A stretch of 64,000 nt of DNA from an uncultured Chloroflexia bacterium (GTDB taxonomy: Bacteria; Chloroflexota; Limnocylindria; Limnocylindrales; CSP1-4): positions 2,867 through 66,866 of the forward strand of contig CAWJIC010000076.1 in assembly GCA_963842755.1 (NCBI GenBank), read 5' to 3'. Shown here in pieces: positions 62,905 to 64,000 of this stretch. The first letter of the stretch is position 1. Every line of letters begins with the position of its first letter. The notes under the pieces were generated by a model that made no database searches, was not told where the DNA came from, and saw nothing but the letters and a program-made list of their open reading frames with translations. Both the position numbers and the translations under genes were made by a program.

Positions 62905-64000
62905 GTGGGCCTCAGCGGCACGGAGATCGCCCGCCTGACCGGCGGCCGGCTGGAGCGATCGTCCGACCGGCCGGTCCGCGGTGCCGCCGTCGACTCGCGC
63001 CGGGTCCGCCCGGGGAACCTCTTCGTCGCGCTGCCCGGGGAGCGGACCGACGGCCACGATCACCTGGCCGAGGCGGTCGCAGGCCGGTGCGGCGGCCCTC
63101 CTCGTCAGCCGGCCCGGCGCCGCTTCCGGCCGCGATCGGCGACGTCACCGTCATCCGGGTCGGCCGGACGCGCTCCCCGCCCTCCACGCGCGTCGCCGCG
63201 GCGTGGCGTCGCCGGTTCGAGCCGCTCGTCGTGGGGATCACCGGGAGCATCGCCAAGACCTCGACGAAGGAGGCGGTCGCGAGCGTCCTGGCGACGCCGC
63301 TTCCGGACCCTCCGGAACGAGGGCAACCAGAACAACGAGATCGGCCTGCCGCTGACCGTCCTGCGTCTCGGGCCGGAGCACGAGGCCGCCGTGCTCGAGA
63401 TGGGGATGTACGTCGGCGGCGAGATCGCCGACCTCGCCCGGATCGGCCGGCCGCGGATCGGCGTCGTGACCGCGGTCCAGCCGGTCCACCTGTCGCGGAT
63501 CGGGTCGATCGAGGCGATCGAGGCGGCGAAGGGCCGAGCTCGTGGAGGGCGCTGCCGCCGGACGGCGACGGCGGTCCTCAACGCCGACGACCCGCGGGTC
63601 CGCCGGATGGCGTCTCGGACGGTCGCTCGCATCGTCACCTACGGCTTCGCCGCCGATGCCGACATCGGCGCCGAGCGGGTCGAGTCGGCCGGGGAGGCCG
63701 GGATGCGGTTCGTCCTGCGGACCCCGGCCGGCCGCCACCCGGTCGCGATCTCGACGCTGGGGCGGCACGCCGTCCACAACGCGCTGGCCGCCGCTGCCGT
63801 CGGGACGATCGCCGGGCTGTCCCTCGACGAGATCGCCGTCGGCCTCGGGGCGGCTGGTCCGCCGCAGCGCACCGGGGCGAGCTCGTCCGTCTCGGCGGCG
63901 TGACGGTCGTCGACGACTCCTACAACGCGGCGCCGGCGTCGATGCTCGCCGCGCTCGACATCCTGGCCGGCCTGCGCGGCCGCCGGATCGCCGTCCTGGG
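62905..64000 (+). pseudogene. murF: UDP-N-acetylmuramoyl-tripeptide--D-alanyl-D-alanine ligase MurF (3' end beyond window); several frameshifts
   Basis: AAVDSRRVRPGNLFVALPGERTDGHDH, GITGSIAKTSTKE, NEGNQNNEIGLPLTVL, VLEMGM and DDSYNAAPASMLAALD lie in different frames. Confidence 0.8.

Overview
High-GC (~70%) chromosomal window from a Terrabacteria-type bacterium. Gene content and a primary sigma factor with a large insertion between regions 1.2 and 2.1 fit Chloroflexota or deep Actinomycetota, but the lineage cannot be fixed from sequence alone. Layout, left to right: (1) 1.3-18.4 kb is a LacI-controlled sugar-alcohol/ketose utilisation supercluster. It has 3 tandem FGGY kinases, a solute-binding protein plus 2 permeases, 4 Zn-dependent MDR dehydrogenases, and a lacI-pfkB-class I aldolase-pfkB operon. 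Two near-identical promoter/operator modules control it. (2) 18.4-22.6 kb holds galT-galK, bracketed by decayed mobile-element debris (IS256 and ABC-2 fragments, a serine-recombinase fragment, a degenerate IS630). (3) 22.7-32.5 kb holds an SDR, an aldo/keto reductase, membrane proteins including a Rieske fusion, the primary sigma factor, and MarR plus an ABC-2 exporter divergent from an MFS pump. (4) An IS1182-family element follows. (5) Next come a Toastrack-PspC envelope-stress pair, HAD/PlsC/UbiA lipid genes, a secreted acidic repeat protein and parA-parB. (6) 42-54.5 kb is a propionyl-CoA to fumarate block: pccB, biotin carboxylase, BCCP, methylmalonyl-CoA mutase catalytic subunit, epimerase, sucCD, sdhCDAB. 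(7) After that come RNase H, a lipoprotein, RNase P RNA (rnpB) and a ~500-bp composite tandem/inverted repeat array. (8) Last are a LysM protein and the start of the dcw cluster (mraZ-rsmH-small ORF-ftsL-ftsI-murF), which has a clear promoter and a candidate MraZ operator. A dominant technical/biological signal is that many housekeeping genes (mcm, sucCD, sdhB, mraZ, rsmH, ftsI, murF and others) are broken by numerous frameshifts. These occur in patches, while about 40 neighbouring genes are intact. Assembly or consensus indels are the most likely cause. I saw no rRNA, tRNA, CRISPR array or recognisable defence system. All functional calls rest on motif and family recognition by eye, not on database searches.
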